Positions 8,548-17,853 of a stretch of DNA of 64,000 bases are shown one piece after another. The translations under genes and the position numbers were made by a program. This DNA is from Anaerolineales bacterium. GTDB lineage: Bacteria; Chloroflexota; Anaerolineae; Anaerolineales; UBA11579. Position 1 is the stretch's first letter; the number at the start of each line of letters is the position of its first letter. Under the pieces are notes generated by a model. That model saw only the letters and a program-made list of their open reading frames with translations. It was not told the origin of the DNA and made no database searches. Location of the stretch: positions 3,354 through 67,353 of the forward strand of contig JAGVCA010000039.1 in NCBI GenBank assembly GCA_020059485.1. The letters run 5' to 3'.

Positions 8548-10083
8548 ATGTTTCGTAAGATGTTAACCATCCTGGGCCTGGCGGCCATCTTTGGAACCCT
8601 GTTTGGCTGCGCGCCGCTTTCGGTGGAGGAACCTGCGGCGATGACTGAAACGCCAATCGGCAGCCTGAACACCCCGACACCTTCCGGCCCAACAGCCACT
8701 CCGCTGCCGCAGCGGCCCGTGTACCAACCCGGCGAATTGGTGTCTTACACCGCTCAGACCGGGGATACGCTTCCGGCACTGGCAGCCCGATTCAATACGA
8801 CCGTTGGCGAAATCCGGGAAACCAACCCGATCATCCCCTCGGATGCGACCACCATGCCGCCGGGCCTGCCGATGGAGATCCCGATTTATTACCGGGCCTT
8901 CTGGGGGACGCCTTTCCAGATCATCCCGGACAGTCAGTTCGTGAATGGACCGGCCGGGATCGACTTTGAGACCGCAAAATTTCCCAGCGAGTACCGCGGC
9001 TGGATCAACACCTATCAGGAATATGCCGCCGGGGAGAACCGCAACGGTCCAGCATTGATCGAACTGGTCGCATCGAACTACTCGGTCAGCCCTCGGCTGC
9101 TGCTGGCGGTGAGTGAATACCTGGCCGGCGCGCTGACTAATCCGGCACTGCCGGAGGCCTCCTCGATCTATCCGCTCCGCCACCGGAACCCGCTGGAACA
9201 GGGCTACTACCGCCAACTGATATGGACAGCCAATACGCTCAATCAGGGGTACTATCAATGGCGGATGGGGACGCTGCTGGAACTCGACCTGCCCGACGGG
9301 ACGCTGGAACGCCCCGATCCGTGGCAGAATGCCGCCTCAGTGGCGCTGCAGTATCTCTTTAGCCAGGTGCTGACAGCCGATGAGTACCGCCAGGCCATCA
9401 GCCCGGAGGGCTTCGCGGCCACCTGGCTGGCGCTGTACGGCGATCCCTGGGCGAAGGATGAACCGCATATCCCTGGCAGCCTGCGCCAGCCCGGGCTGCT
9501 GCTGCCCTATCCGGCCGGACAGATCTGGGCGTATACCGGCGGCCCGCATACCGCCTGGGGCAGCGGCGAGCCGGCCGCAGCGATCGACTTCGCCCCGGCA
9601 ACCAGCACCAGCGGATGTTACATCAGCAACGAGTGGACCACCGCGATGGCAGATGGTCTGGTGACGCGGGCTGAGCCGGGTTTCATCATGCTCGATCTGG
9701 ACAAAGACGGGGATGAACGCACCGGATGGGTGCTGTTTTACCTGCATGTCGAAGGGCGTGACATGATCGCCCAGGGGACCGAGGTGCAGGCTGGGGACAT
9801 CCTGGGGCACCCCTCCTGCGATGGCGGCAATGCCACCGGGACGCATGTGCACATCGCCCGGAAATATAACGGGGAGTGGATGATCGCCGACAGCCCGGTG
9901 CCATTTGTGATGGAAGGCTGGCAGGTGATCGCCGGGGCGCGGCCGTATCAGGGCCAGTTGAAACGATTTGAAAAGACGATCACCGCATCGGAGTCTGCCA
10001 TCCTCGGCAGCAGCCTGCAGGCCACCGGCAACTTTGATGGCGTGGTCCTCACACCGCTGCCAACCCCGACGCCGGTTCCTTAG
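8548..10083 (+). CDS. Lipoprotein LysM-domain / M23 (LasA-like) metallopeptidase protein, paralog 3
   Basis: ATG at 8548 gives MFRKMLTILGLAAIFGTLFGCAP (lipobox). LysM: YTAQTGDTLPALAARFNTTVGEIRETNP. C-terminus: GGPHTAW...AIDFAP...GHPSCDGGNATGTHVHIARKYNGEWM. Confidence 0.85.
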   Translation: MFRKMLTILGLAAIFGTLFGCAPLSVEEPAAMTETPIGSLNTPTPSGPTATPLPQRPVYQPGELVSYTAQTGDTLPALAARFNTTVGEIRETNPIIPSDATTMPPGLPMEIPIYYRAFWGTPFQIIPDSQFVNGPAGIDFETAKFPSEYRGWINTYQEYAAGENRNGPALIELVASNYSVSPRLLLAVSEYLAGALTNPALPEASSIYPLRHRNPLEQGYYRQLIWTANTLNQGYYQWRMGTLLELDLPDGTLERPDPWQNAASVALQYLFSQVLTADEYRQAISPEGFAATWLALYGDPWAKDEPHIPGSLRQPGLLLPYPAGQIWAYTGGPHTAWGSGEPAAAIDFAPATSTSGCYISNEWTTAMADGLVTRAEPGFIMLDLDKDGDERTGWVLFYLHVEGRDMIAQGTEVQAGDILGHPSCDGGNATGTHVHIARKYNGEWMIADSPVPFVMEGWQVIAGARPYQGQLKRFEKTITASESAILGSSLQATGNFDGVVLTPLPTPTPVP

Positions 10084-10100
10084 TCGGATAGTTAAAGCAA

Positions 10101-10131
10101 GAGGCTGTCTTTTCAGACAGCCTCTTTTTTT
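10101..10131. terminator. Bidirectional intrinsic terminator between convergent genes
   Basis: Perfect 10-bp stem GAGGCTGTCT / AGACAGCCTC with loop TTTC, followed by TTTTTTT. It sits between the stops at 10083 (+) and 10134 (-). Confidence 0.85.
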
Positions 10132-10133
10132 GA

Positions 10134-10547
10134 TCACGCCTCAATGATTGTGTATTTCAGTTCGATCGGGACGGCCTGGCCGAGCATGTTCTGAGCCGGG
10201 CAGTAGGTTTCCTGGGATAATTGCATCGCCCGCTCGACTGCGGCGGGGTCAATATTCCGACCGGTGACTACGTATTCGATCACAGCCGCGGTCCAGACCT
10301 TTGGGTACGTATCGGCCTTTTCAGTGTGCACGCGGACCTCGAAATCGACCACGTCCTGGCGTTTTTTCTGCAGGATGGAGAGCACATCCATGGCGGTGCA
10401 GCCTGCCAGGCCGATTGCCAGCAGTTCCATCGGGCGGAAGCCGGGTTTGCCCTCATCCAGGTCAGATGCCAGGGCGATCTGGCCCCGGTTGGCGGCGGTA
10501 CCATCCAACAGCAAGCCTTCGTGTTTCCAAATTACTTTTGCGTCCAT
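10134..10547 (-). CDS. OsmC family peroxiredoxin-like protein
   Basis: 137 aa with GFRPMELLAIGLAGCTAMDVLSIL ... ETYCPAQNML, carrying the two conserved OsmC/Ohr Cys positions. Confidence 0.88.
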   Translation of the reverse strand: MDAKVIWKHEGLLLDGTAANRGQIALASDLDEGKPGFRPMELLAIGLAGCTAMDVLSILQKKRQDVVDFEVRVHTEKADTYPKVWTAAVIEYVVTGRNIDPAAVERAMQLSQETYCPAQNMLGQAVPIELKYTIIEA

Positions 10548-10572
10548 TGTTGTCCTCTATGGTGTGGTTGAG

Positions 10573-11238
10573 TCAGCCGGCCAGCACGGTTTCGATCTGG
10601 GCGATCAAAGCCTGCTCCGGCAGGGCACCAACGACCCGACCGGCGCCGGAGTTGATGGTGGTCTGCGGTACACCGCTGACCATGAACTGGTTGGCCAGCT
10701 CGCTGTATTCGTTCGCCTCGATCATCTCGGCCTGGACCATCTCGCTCTCCATCGCCATTTGATGAGCCAGGAGAACGGCCTGGGGGCAGTACGGGCAGGT
10801 GGGGGTGACAAATACCTGCAGCAGCAGCGGCGAGGTCAGGCCCTTGAGGAAACTGCGGGCTTCGTCGCTCAGGTCGGTGCTGCGGCGGGACAGGAACAGG
10901 ATATCGTGGATCAGGGTCGTGAATTCGTGTCCGGCCGGAGCGCCCAGCAGTCGGATGCCATAATCGATGAGTTGATCACCCTCGCGAGCCAGCATCACCA
11001 GGGTCGGCGCGTACTCGACGTGGTATTTCTGCGCCAGGTCGGTCTGGGCGTCCAGCTGGTGGACCGTAATCCCGATCAATTCCGATAATTCGGCGACCTC
11101 ACCAATCAGTTGTTCGATCTCACCGCAGTAATCGCAATTTTCCTCTTTGGTGAAGAACACGATCTCCACCGGGCTGGTCAGTCCCGCGAACAGTTCTTCG
11201 ATCTGACTCTTGATGGCTTCATCGATCATTTTTTCCAT
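10573..11238 (-). CDS. Protein disulfide oxidoreductase-like protein with two thioredoxin-fold units (glutaredoxin-like)
   Basis: Start moved to the ATG at 11238 (MEKMIDEAIK...). The N-terminal unit has CDYC and the C-terminal unit has TPTCPYCPQAV. The length of about 221 aa matches archaeal/thermophile PDO architecture. Confidence 0.75.
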   Translation of the reverse strand: MEKMIDEAIKSQIEELFAGLTSPVEIVFFTKEENCDYCGEIEQLIGEVAELSELIGITVHQLDAQTDLAQKYHVEYAPTLVMLAREGDQLIDYGIRLLGAPAGHEFTTLIHDILFLSRRSTDLSDEARSFLKGLTSPLLLQVFVTPTCPYCPQAVLLAHQMAMESEMVQAEMIEANEYSELANQFMVSGVPQTTINSGAGRVVGALPEQALIAQIETVLAG

Positions 11239-11359
11239 CCGTGCATTCTCCTGTGTGAAATAAGTAATCAGGGGCAGATTGCCGCCCACCTTTTGGATGG
11301 GGCGATTGTGATAATTCTTACACGGGAGGAACAGACGCAGCCACTCAGCGGAAATAGCA

Positions 11360-12463
11360 CTATAACCGGTAAGCCCGGACAACCAGGTCCAGAAGCTGCT
11401 CCAGGCCAGCAGCCAGCGGTTGGGTATCCATATACTCGCCGCTGGTATGCGCGCCGCCGCCGGTGGTCAGACCGATGCAGACGGCCGGGACGCCGTGACT
11501 GAGCGGGATGTTGGCATCGGTCGAACCGATCTGCAGGTCGGGCCGATACCCCCGGGCACTGAGCGCCGCGGCGGCCGCCGCAACCAGTGGATGATCAGCC
11601 GGGATCTCACCAAACGGGCGGTTGCCGATCTGTTCGATCGTGAACTCGACGCCGGGCCGCTGTGCAAAGCGGACCAGGTCTTCGACCTTGCGGGCCAGGG
11701 AGGAAAGGATCCGGTTGCTCTCCGAACGCAGATCCAGGTCAAGTTCCGCGGCAGGGGCGATCGTATTGATCGAAACGCCGCCGCTGATGCGCCCAATGTT
11801 GATGGTGGTCCGCTTGCGATAGGGAGTCCGCAGGGCCAAGATCTGGTTGGAGAGCAAGGCCAATTCGTGGATGGCGGAAGGGCTGCCATAATCGACCCAG
11901 GAATGCCCGCCAGGGGTCTTCACTGAGATCCGGTAACGGCGCACCCCCAGGCCGCGGTGGTAGATGCGCCCAAGCGCCAACCCTTCCAGCACAAGATAAC
12001 CGACCGGCTGGTCGCTAAAACGCTGATAGACCTGTTTCATCCCGGCGAGGTCGCCGAGACCCTCTTCCCCCATGTTGGCAACCAGCCAGAGGTCGCCGGG
12101 CAGGGTGATGCCGCGGGCGCGCAGCAGCCAGACCAGGCCAAACAACCCGGCCACACCCAGCGAATTGTCGCCAATGCCAGGACCGGCAATCCGGTCTGGG
12201 CTTTCGGTGATGCTCAGGTCGGTGGAGTGAGGGAAAACGGTGTCGGTGTGGGCGCTGACGACCAGAAAAAGGGCTTGCGGGTCTGCGCCAGGCAGGCGGG
12301 CAAAGAGATTGCCATCCTGATCCAGTTCGACATCGGAGAGGCGTTCCTGGAGAAAACCATCTCGGACGAAAGCCGCCCGGTCGTGTTCCTGAAAGGTGGG
12401 GGCCGGGATCTGCTGGACCTCGACGGCCCGGCGGATAACTCGGGCAGCGATCTCAGCGGTCAT
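11360..12463 (-). CDS. M20/M25/M40 family metallohydrolase (peptidase or deacylase)
   Basis: 367 aa with VSAHTDTVFP ... GIGDNSLGVA ... ANMGEEGLGDLAG, the metal-ligand motifs typical of the M20 family. The ATGA overlaps the upstream PfkB stop. Confidence 0.8.
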   Translation of the reverse strand: MTAEIAARVIRRAVEVQQIPAPTFQEHDRAAFVRDGFLQERLSDVELDQDGNLFARLPGADPQALFLVVSAHTDTVFPHSTDLSITESPDRIAGPGIGDNSLGVAGLFGLVWLLRARGITLPGDLWLVANMGEEGLGDLAGMKQVYQRFSDQPVGYLVLEGLALGRIYHRGLGVRRYRISVKTPGGHSWVDYGSPSAIHELALLSNQILALRTPYRKRTTINIGRISGGVSINTIAPAAELDLDLRSESNRILSSLARKVEDLVRFAQRPGVEFTIEQIGNRPFGEIPADHPLVAAAAAALSARGYRPDLQIGSTDANIPLSHGVPAVCIGLTTGGGAHTSGEYMDTQPLAAGLEQLLDLVVRAYRL

Positions 12464-13479
12464 CAGATCTCCCTGATGGAGTCCTGCAGGCTTTCCAGGC
12501 GGGCCTGCTGCAAACCGGGCAGGGCATCCTGTGTGTAGAATACCCCGCTGCCTTCCACGGCAAAAGATGCGGCCACATTGCCGTACAGCGCCGCCTGGAT
12601 CGGTGAACCGGTCAGGGCCAGGCCGGCGAGGAAACCACCGGCAAAGACATCTCCTGCCCCGGTCGGGTCCACCATTTTAGAGGGATAGGCGGGCACCTCA
12701 TAGGCGCGGCGGGTATTGGCATCGTACACGATCTGGCCTTGCCAGGCGCGCTTGACGACCACCACCTGTACGCCCCAGGAACCAACCTCCTCAACCATCT
12801 CCCGGAGACTGCCTGGTTTGGCCAGGAACAATTGCTTGAGTTCTTCCTCGGAAGGGAGAAAGGCGGTCAGACCGATGACCATCGATTTGATCTCTTCCCA
12901 ATTCTCTTTGTGCATGTAGGGGCCGGGATCGAGAGAGACGAACTGCACACCAGCCTGGCGCAGCGCCGCCGGGATCAGGGTGTGGGAGAGGAAATCCATA
13001 TTGCAAACATGCGCCCCGCGGGCGTGGAGAAAACTTTTCGGGATATCGGATTGGCGGAGGGAGGTGGGGGTCAGGTCCTTGATACTCTTAGGCATGGCCG
13101 GAGGCCTGTAACCCAGCAGCGTCTTGGGCATGGTCAGGCCCAGTTTGGCGAAATGGCCCACCGGGTCATCGTGGTGGTAGGTACGGAGGTCGGTGTAGGC
13201 CCGAAAATACCGCAGGTCGATCTCACTGGGCAGCACTTTGATCCCGTCTGTCAGGTAACCGCGCCGGGCGAAATCGTCGAGCCAGGCGCGCGGATAGTCC
13301 TCCCCCACCCGGGCGACCAGGCCGACCTGCTGCTCGTCCTTAAGCCACAGGTTGGCGCCCTCGGCAGCATACAACAGGCACCCACCGGGCTGGTCGGTGA
13401 TGACCTTGCGGTTGGGGGTGATCAGAAACTCCCGGCGCAGCTGTCCGAAGATCAGGTAGGTGGGGTCGGTATCTGTCAT
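12463..13479 (-). CDS. PfkB family carbohydrate kinase
   Basis: 338 aa. The C-terminal DPTGAGDVFAGGFLAGL is the PfkB signature 2. Confidence 0.85.
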   Translation of the reverse strand: MTDTDPTYLIFGQLRREFLITPNRKVITDQPGGCLLYAAEGANLWLKDEQQVGLVARVGEDYPRAWLDDFARRGYLTDGIKVLPSEIDLRYFRAYTDLRTYHHDDPVGHFAKLGLTMPKTLLGYRPPAMPKSIKDLTPTSLRQSDIPKSFLHARGAHVCNMDFLSHTLIPAALRQAGVQFVSLDPGPYMHKENWEEIKSMVIGLTAFLPSEEELKQLFLAKPGSLREMVEEVGSWGVQVVVVKRAWQGQIVYDANTRRAYEVPAYPSKMVDPTGAGDVFAGGFLAGLALTGSPIQAALYGNVAASFAVEGSGVFYTQDALPGLQQARLESLQDSIREI

Positions 13480-13562
13480 GTGTCCTGGTATTGCGAGGTA
13501 TATGTGACCGGTCTGCCGTCAGACTGGCAGACCTGGATCATCCTTGTATAAAAATGGCGAGA

Positions 13563-13775
13563 TCAGAGATTGGAAAGCTGGCGCAGCAGGCCCATCACCA
13601 GCACGCCGATCTGAAGGCCTTTGGCAGGCGAAATCGACAATTCCTTGCCGGTTTCGGCCGCCTCCGCCTCAGCCGCCCGGATGAACATCCGGGCTGCCAC
13701 CACGCCGATGAGGGCACCCCCGATGGCCCCGATGAGCATGGCATTCCGTTTGATCTTATCGTTGTTTTCTTCCAT
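13563..13775 (-). CDS. Small hypothetical membrane protein
   Basis: 70-aa ORF with two hydrophobic segments (LIGAIGGALIGVVAA and LQIGVLVMGLL). No family recognised. Confidence 0.45.
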   Translation of the reverse strand: MEENNDKIKRNAMLIGAIGGALIGVVAARMFIRAAEAEAAETGKELSISPAKGLQIGVLVMGLLRQLSNL

Positions 13776-13817
13776 TGAACTTGATTCCTTTGACAGCCAA
13801 ACGAGCCGAACGGCGGG

Positions 13818-14258
13818 TTACTTGCCGCGCCCGAAGATGGCGTTGATCGCAGCAATGAAGGTCTGGACCTGGATAACGGGTTTGACGGGGATGTCGGCGC
13901 CGCGGGCGGCATAGGTTTTGATCTTTTCCATGCCATCCTGGGCCAGGCGGGTATAAGAGGGAAGTACCCGGAGCAAATAGCCGAGCGCGTAGACCAGCAC
14001 CGCCGTCAGGACCATGGCCAGCAAACCAAACAGCATGGCCAGTCCGAGTAAAAGGATGGTGGCGATCTGAGACCAGGTTTCTACATCGCCAACAGGGACA
14101 AGAATGAAGACCACTACCGCAGCGATCATCAACAACAATACCACGATGAAAGGCAGGGTCACCCTGCGGAAAAAGTCCCGGCGGTGGGCGGCGGTCGTGA
14201 TCGGGTTGGGTTCGGGAAGAGTTGCTTTTCCCTCGAGGTCTCTATCCATTGCGTCCAT
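13818..14258 (-). CDS. Hypothetical membrane protein
   Basis: 146-aa ORF with two long hydrophobic helices (LPFIVVLLLMIAAVVVFILV and ILLLGLAMLFGLLAMVLTAVLVYALGYLL). No family recognised. Confidence 0.55.
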   Translation of the reverse strand: MDAMDRDLEGKATLPEPNPITTAAHRRDFFRRVTLPFIVVLLLMIAAVVVFILVPVGDVETWSQIATILLLGLAMLFGLLAMVLTAVLVYALGYLLRVLPSYTRLAQDGMEKIKTYAARGADIPVKPVIQVQTFIAAINAIFGRGK

Positions 14259-14441
14259 TGGTCCTATTGTAGCATGGATGCCCGTCTGCCTGCAAATGGG
14301 TAACGAGGGACGGGTGAAAAAGAAACCAAAGAAAATGCTGGCTGCGACTGGGTTACCACAGGTCTGCCAGCGATATCCTCATTTTATGCCATCCGTGTTG
14401 GAAAAGGATGTGGTCCAGATGAGAGATCCGGGCAAATATCG

Positions 14442-15323
14442 CTACCTTTGGAAACGCCGCATGGCTGCCAGGTTGTTCTCCGCTTCTTTGCTCCCAAAGG
14501 ATTGTGCTTTTTCAAAACAATCCTTCGCCCCGGCGAGATCCTGTTTGCCATACAAGATGCGCCCGCGATTGTTCCAGGCATTGGGGTGATAGGGATGGAT
14601 GATCAGCACCTGCTCATAACAGCGTAAGGCTTCCTCCACCTGGCTATCGTTATCATACGCCAGACCCAGCAGATACCAGGCATCCGAATCCTGGCGATCC
14701 TGGCTGACTGCTTCTTTCAGAGTCTCTATGGCTTCCCGATTTCGCCCCTGTTCAATCTGGATCCCGCCCAGTTGTTTTGGGCTTGGAAGCGTAGATTTCA
14801 ACGCTTGACCAACTGCGCTCACCACCTTGTGCAGGATCAGATAACCAATCGTCAGAGGATAGATCGAGTAAGTGAGATCCAATAGTTTTAGTACAGCAGG
14901 GTCTTTGACGATCTTGAAGGCAGAAGCAAGAAAAGCAAAAACCGGCAAGACCATCAAAATCAGCCAGACGACTCCCAAAGCGCTTTCCAGTTTATCTTTC
15001 CACGATGAACCGGACTCCTTCCTGGCTGCTGGTTTTGCTGGCGTAGATTCAAGCAAAGCGGTTCCAGCATTCCGAAAATTCAGGCTATTATTCGGGTTTT
15101 GGACCGCACGGTTCAAGGCGTTCAGCACGCCAGGGGCTAGTTTGTGTTCATAATTCAGATTCACAAAAGCGGCAATTCGAAGGTTTTCATCCGGGTGTTC
15201 GTTGAGGATATCAATGATGGTTTCACAGGGATAGTACCTCAAGATGTCCAGGTAATCCTTTGTATCCTGAACTTGCTCAACTGCTTTGTTGATGTCTGAT
15301 AATTGTTGCTGTGTGAGTGGCAT
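14442..15323 (-). CDS. Membrane protein with C-terminal TPR repeats
   Basis: 293 aa. It has two central hydrophobic helices and a TPR-like C-terminus (AWYLLGLAYDNDSQVEEALRCYEQVLIIHPYHPNAWNNRGRILYGKQDLAGAKDCFEKA). The gene is visibly more AT-rich than its neighbours. Confidence 0.7.
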   Translation of the reverse strand: MPLTQQQLSDINKAVEQVQDTKDYLDILRYYPCETIIDILNEHPDENLRIAAFVNLNYEHKLAPGVLNALNRAVQNPNNSLNFRNAGTALLESTPAKPAARKESGSSWKDKLESALGVVWLILMVLPVFAFLASAFKIVKDPAVLKLLDLTYSIYPLTIGYLILHKVVSAVGQALKSTLPSPKQLGGIQIEQGRNREAIETLKEAVSQDRQDSDAWYLLGLAYDNDSQVEEALRCYEQVLIIHPYHPNAWNNRGRILYGKQDLAGAKDCFEKAQSFGSKEAENNLAAMRRFQR

Positions 15324-15349
15324 ACTGGTCTTCCTTGTTGTAATCTGGA

Positions 15350-15384
15350 ATAATCCCCTCGTGATACCAAAGTTGGGGGATTAT
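15350..15384 (-). other. Hairpin in the leader region of the TPR gene
   Basis: ATAATCCCC ... GGGGATTAT forms a 9-bp stem with a 17-nt loop, 27 nt upstream of the start at 15323. Function unknown. Confidence 0.3.
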
Positions 15385-15673
15385 ACAACTAATCTCCGAT
15401 TTTTTGATTAATTTTATCAGCATGCCCTCCATAACAGAATGGGTATTGATGTTGAACGCATTGCACCTTGGCATGGTGCCATCCATGGTTAAGGATTTTG
15501 TGAGTTGCATCGAAAGCAACCTCTGAACTGCAATGACTAGTTCAAGGCCAATTCTACGGTGTAACACCGTTTTGGACGAACTGGAAAAAGCTGACACAAC
15601 CCAGTTTCTTGCAGAATCCAGTAATCCACACTAAAATCATACACATTGTAAAATTTAAGGGAGTATTGCAGAC

Positions 15674-16159
15674 ATGGAAAAACAGCAACTCAAAGTGATC
15701 TTGACCGCCGTCATCACCACGATCATCGTGATCGTGGGATTAATTGTATTAATGCCGTTCATCGGACCGCGGTTTCTGCACCCGATGATGATGGGTGATC
15801 AACCCGCCCCGAGCGGTCTCGATACTTCCACCGAACGGACTTCGGATGCAGGCATGTTCATGGTCTCATGGAGCAGCGATTCGGGCGAGCTCCCGCTCAA
15901 CCAGATTCACACCTGGACCCTTCACGTAGAAACGGCTGACGGCCAGCCGGTTGAAGGTGCGACGATCCTTGTAGATGGCGGGATGCCGCAACATGGTCAC
16001 GGCTTGCCGACCAATCCTCAGGTGACGGCAGACCTGGGCAACGGCGATTACCGCGTCGAGGGCATGAGGTTCCAGATGCTCGGTTTTTGGGAAGTGCGAT
16101 TCACTATCACCGCGAACGGGCAGAGCGATTCGATCACGTTCGACCTGGTCCTCGAATAA
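15674..16159 (+). CDS. FixH/YtkA-like single-pass membrane protein
   Basis: 161 aa with an N-terminal TM helix and then a beta-rich domain: HTWTLHVETADGQPVEGATILVDGGMPQHGHG...GDYRVEGMRFQMLGFWEVRFTI. This resembles YtkA/FixH-type domains. Confidence 0.6.
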   Translation: MEKQQLKVILTAVITTIIVIVGLIVLMPFIGPRFLHPMMMGDQPAPSGLDTSTERTSDAGMFMVSWSSDSGELPLNQIHTWTLHVETADGQPVEGATILVDGGMPQHGHGLPTNPQVTADLGNGDYRVEGMRFQMLGFWEVRFTITANGQSDSITFDLVLE

Positions 16160-16165
16160 TTCAGA

Positions 16166-17425
16166 ATGAAACGCATCCTGCCCCTTATTGGTGGAATTCT
16201 GCTGATCGCGGCGGCAATTGGCGTTTGGTCAGTAACCCGATCCGCGGCGTGGAGTGAGGAAGAAAAATCCACCCTGAGCGGATTATGGATCGGCAGTTTG
16301 CCCGCCCTGCAACCAGACCCATCCAACGCGTATGCAGATGATACGCAAGCGGCAGAGTTCGGTCACGAACTATTTTTCGATACGCGTTTCAGTTCCACTG
16401 GAGAGGTCTCCTGTGCTACCTGTCACCTGCCCGAATTGATGTTCACGGATGGCGAATCGCTGGCACAGGGAGTCGGCACGACCGACCGAAAAACCATGAC
16501 GATCATCGGCACAGCGTACAGCCCCTGGCAATTTTGGGATGGGCGCAAGGACAGTCAGTGGGCGCAAGCGCTGGCCCCGCTTGAAAGCGCGGTGGAACAC
16601 GGCGGAACTCGGGCGCAATATGTGCACCTGATCAGCGAGTTTTATCGGGAAGAATATGAAGCCATTTTTGGGCCTCTTCCCGACTTCTCAGATCCTGAGC
16701 GATTCCCGATCTCGGCTGGCCCTGTGGACGACCCCGCCGCCCGCGCCGCCTGGGAGGCAATGACGCAAGCCGACCGCGATGCGGTGACGCAGGTATTTGT
16801 CAACATGGGCAAGGCGATCGCTGCCTATGAGAGGTTGATCATGCCCGGCCCTGCCCGCTTCGACCTCTATGTAGATGCTCTGTTGAAGGACGACAAGCCG
16901 GCCATGAAAACCGCGTTGACCGAGGATGAAGTGGCGGGCTTGCGTTTATTCATCGGGAAGGCAAATTGCATCCAGTGTCACAATGGCCCGTTATTTACCA
17001 ACAATGACTTCCATAATACAGGCGTGCCCACCGCCCAGAATCTGCCGCTTGATGACGGACGGGCTTCAGGTGTGATCCTCGTCCTCGCAGATGAATTCAA
17101 CTGCCTGAGCCCGTGGAGTGACGCTGGCGATAGCGATTGCGCTGAACTGCGGTTTGTGACCTCTGCGGGAGAACAACTTGCAGCCGCCTTCAAACCGCCG
17201 ACCCTCCGCAATGTGGCAGAGACTGCGCCCTACATGCACGCAGGTCAATTTGCCACGCTGGAGGACGTGCTGGCGCATTACAACCACCCTCCTGTATCAC
17301 CTATCGGTCACAATGAATTGGATCCACTCGGGCTGACCCCGCGCGAGATGGCGCAGATCGTTGCTTTTCTGGGCGCGCTGAGCGGCGGGGTGGATGCACC
17401 GCCGGAATTGCTTCAGGCTCCGTGA
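16166..17425 (+). CDS. Di-haem cytochrome c peroxidase / MauG family protein
   Basis: 419 aa with a signal/TM N-terminus and two CxxCH haem motifs (CATCH and CIQCH) at CCP/MauG-like spacing. The C-terminal PYMHAGQFATLEDV is typical of the family. Confidence 0.88.
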   Translation: MKRILPLIGGILLIAAAIGVWSVTRSAAWSEEEKSTLSGLWIGSLPALQPDPSNAYADDTQAAEFGHELFFDTRFSSTGEVSCATCHLPELMFTDGESLAQGVGTTDRKTMTIIGTAYSPWQFWDGRKDSQWAQALAPLESAVEHGGTRAQYVHLISEFYREEYEAIFGPLPDFSDPERFPISAGPVDDPAARAAWEAMTQADRDAVTQVFVNMGKAIAAYERLIMPGPARFDLYVDALLKDDKPAMKTALTEDEVAGLRLFIGKANCIQCHNGPLFTNNDFHNTGVPTAQNLPLDDGRASGVILVLADEFNCLSPWSDAGDSDCAELRFVTSAGEQLAAAFKPPTLRNVAETAPYMHAGQFATLEDVLAHYNHPPVSPIGHNELDPLGLTPREMAQIVAFLGALSGGVDAPPELLQAP

Positions 17426-17853
17426 GGATTTTGCCGATCCCCGTAGAGGCCTTTAAATACCTTGCAGCAACCACCCCAGGCACCTGTAACCCGATTTTCC
17501 CATGTCGAAGTAGGCGGGCTTGAAGACGTTCAGCGGTCTGGAATATATTCCGCTTCCATTAAAACATTCGTGCGCACAAGTTTTAGAACCGACCGCTGTT
17601 ATCAAAGCCCCTGTTTAAAAGAAGGTTTTTTTCGATTATATGCATTCAGATTGGATTTGGGCCGTCTGGAGGGTTTTTTTCTATCGGTTTTTACCGCCGG
17701 GTCTCCGCTGGCGAATTCCTACGCCCGCGAACCGATCGAAACAGCCTGCAGAGGTTCTCAGGTCGCCCGAAACAGGATTCCGGCGATGATCCTTTCCAAT
17801 CAGGGTATAATCATTGATGGAGAAAAGGATGCGTTTAAAGTCAACGCAAAAGG

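Noticed and set aside
13510-13533. GGTCTGCC-N8-GGCAGACC hairpin between the PfkB gene and the small membrane ORF
   Set aside because: It has a perfect 8-bp stem but no U-tract on either strand and no repeat elsewhere. That is insufficient to call it a terminator or regulatory site.
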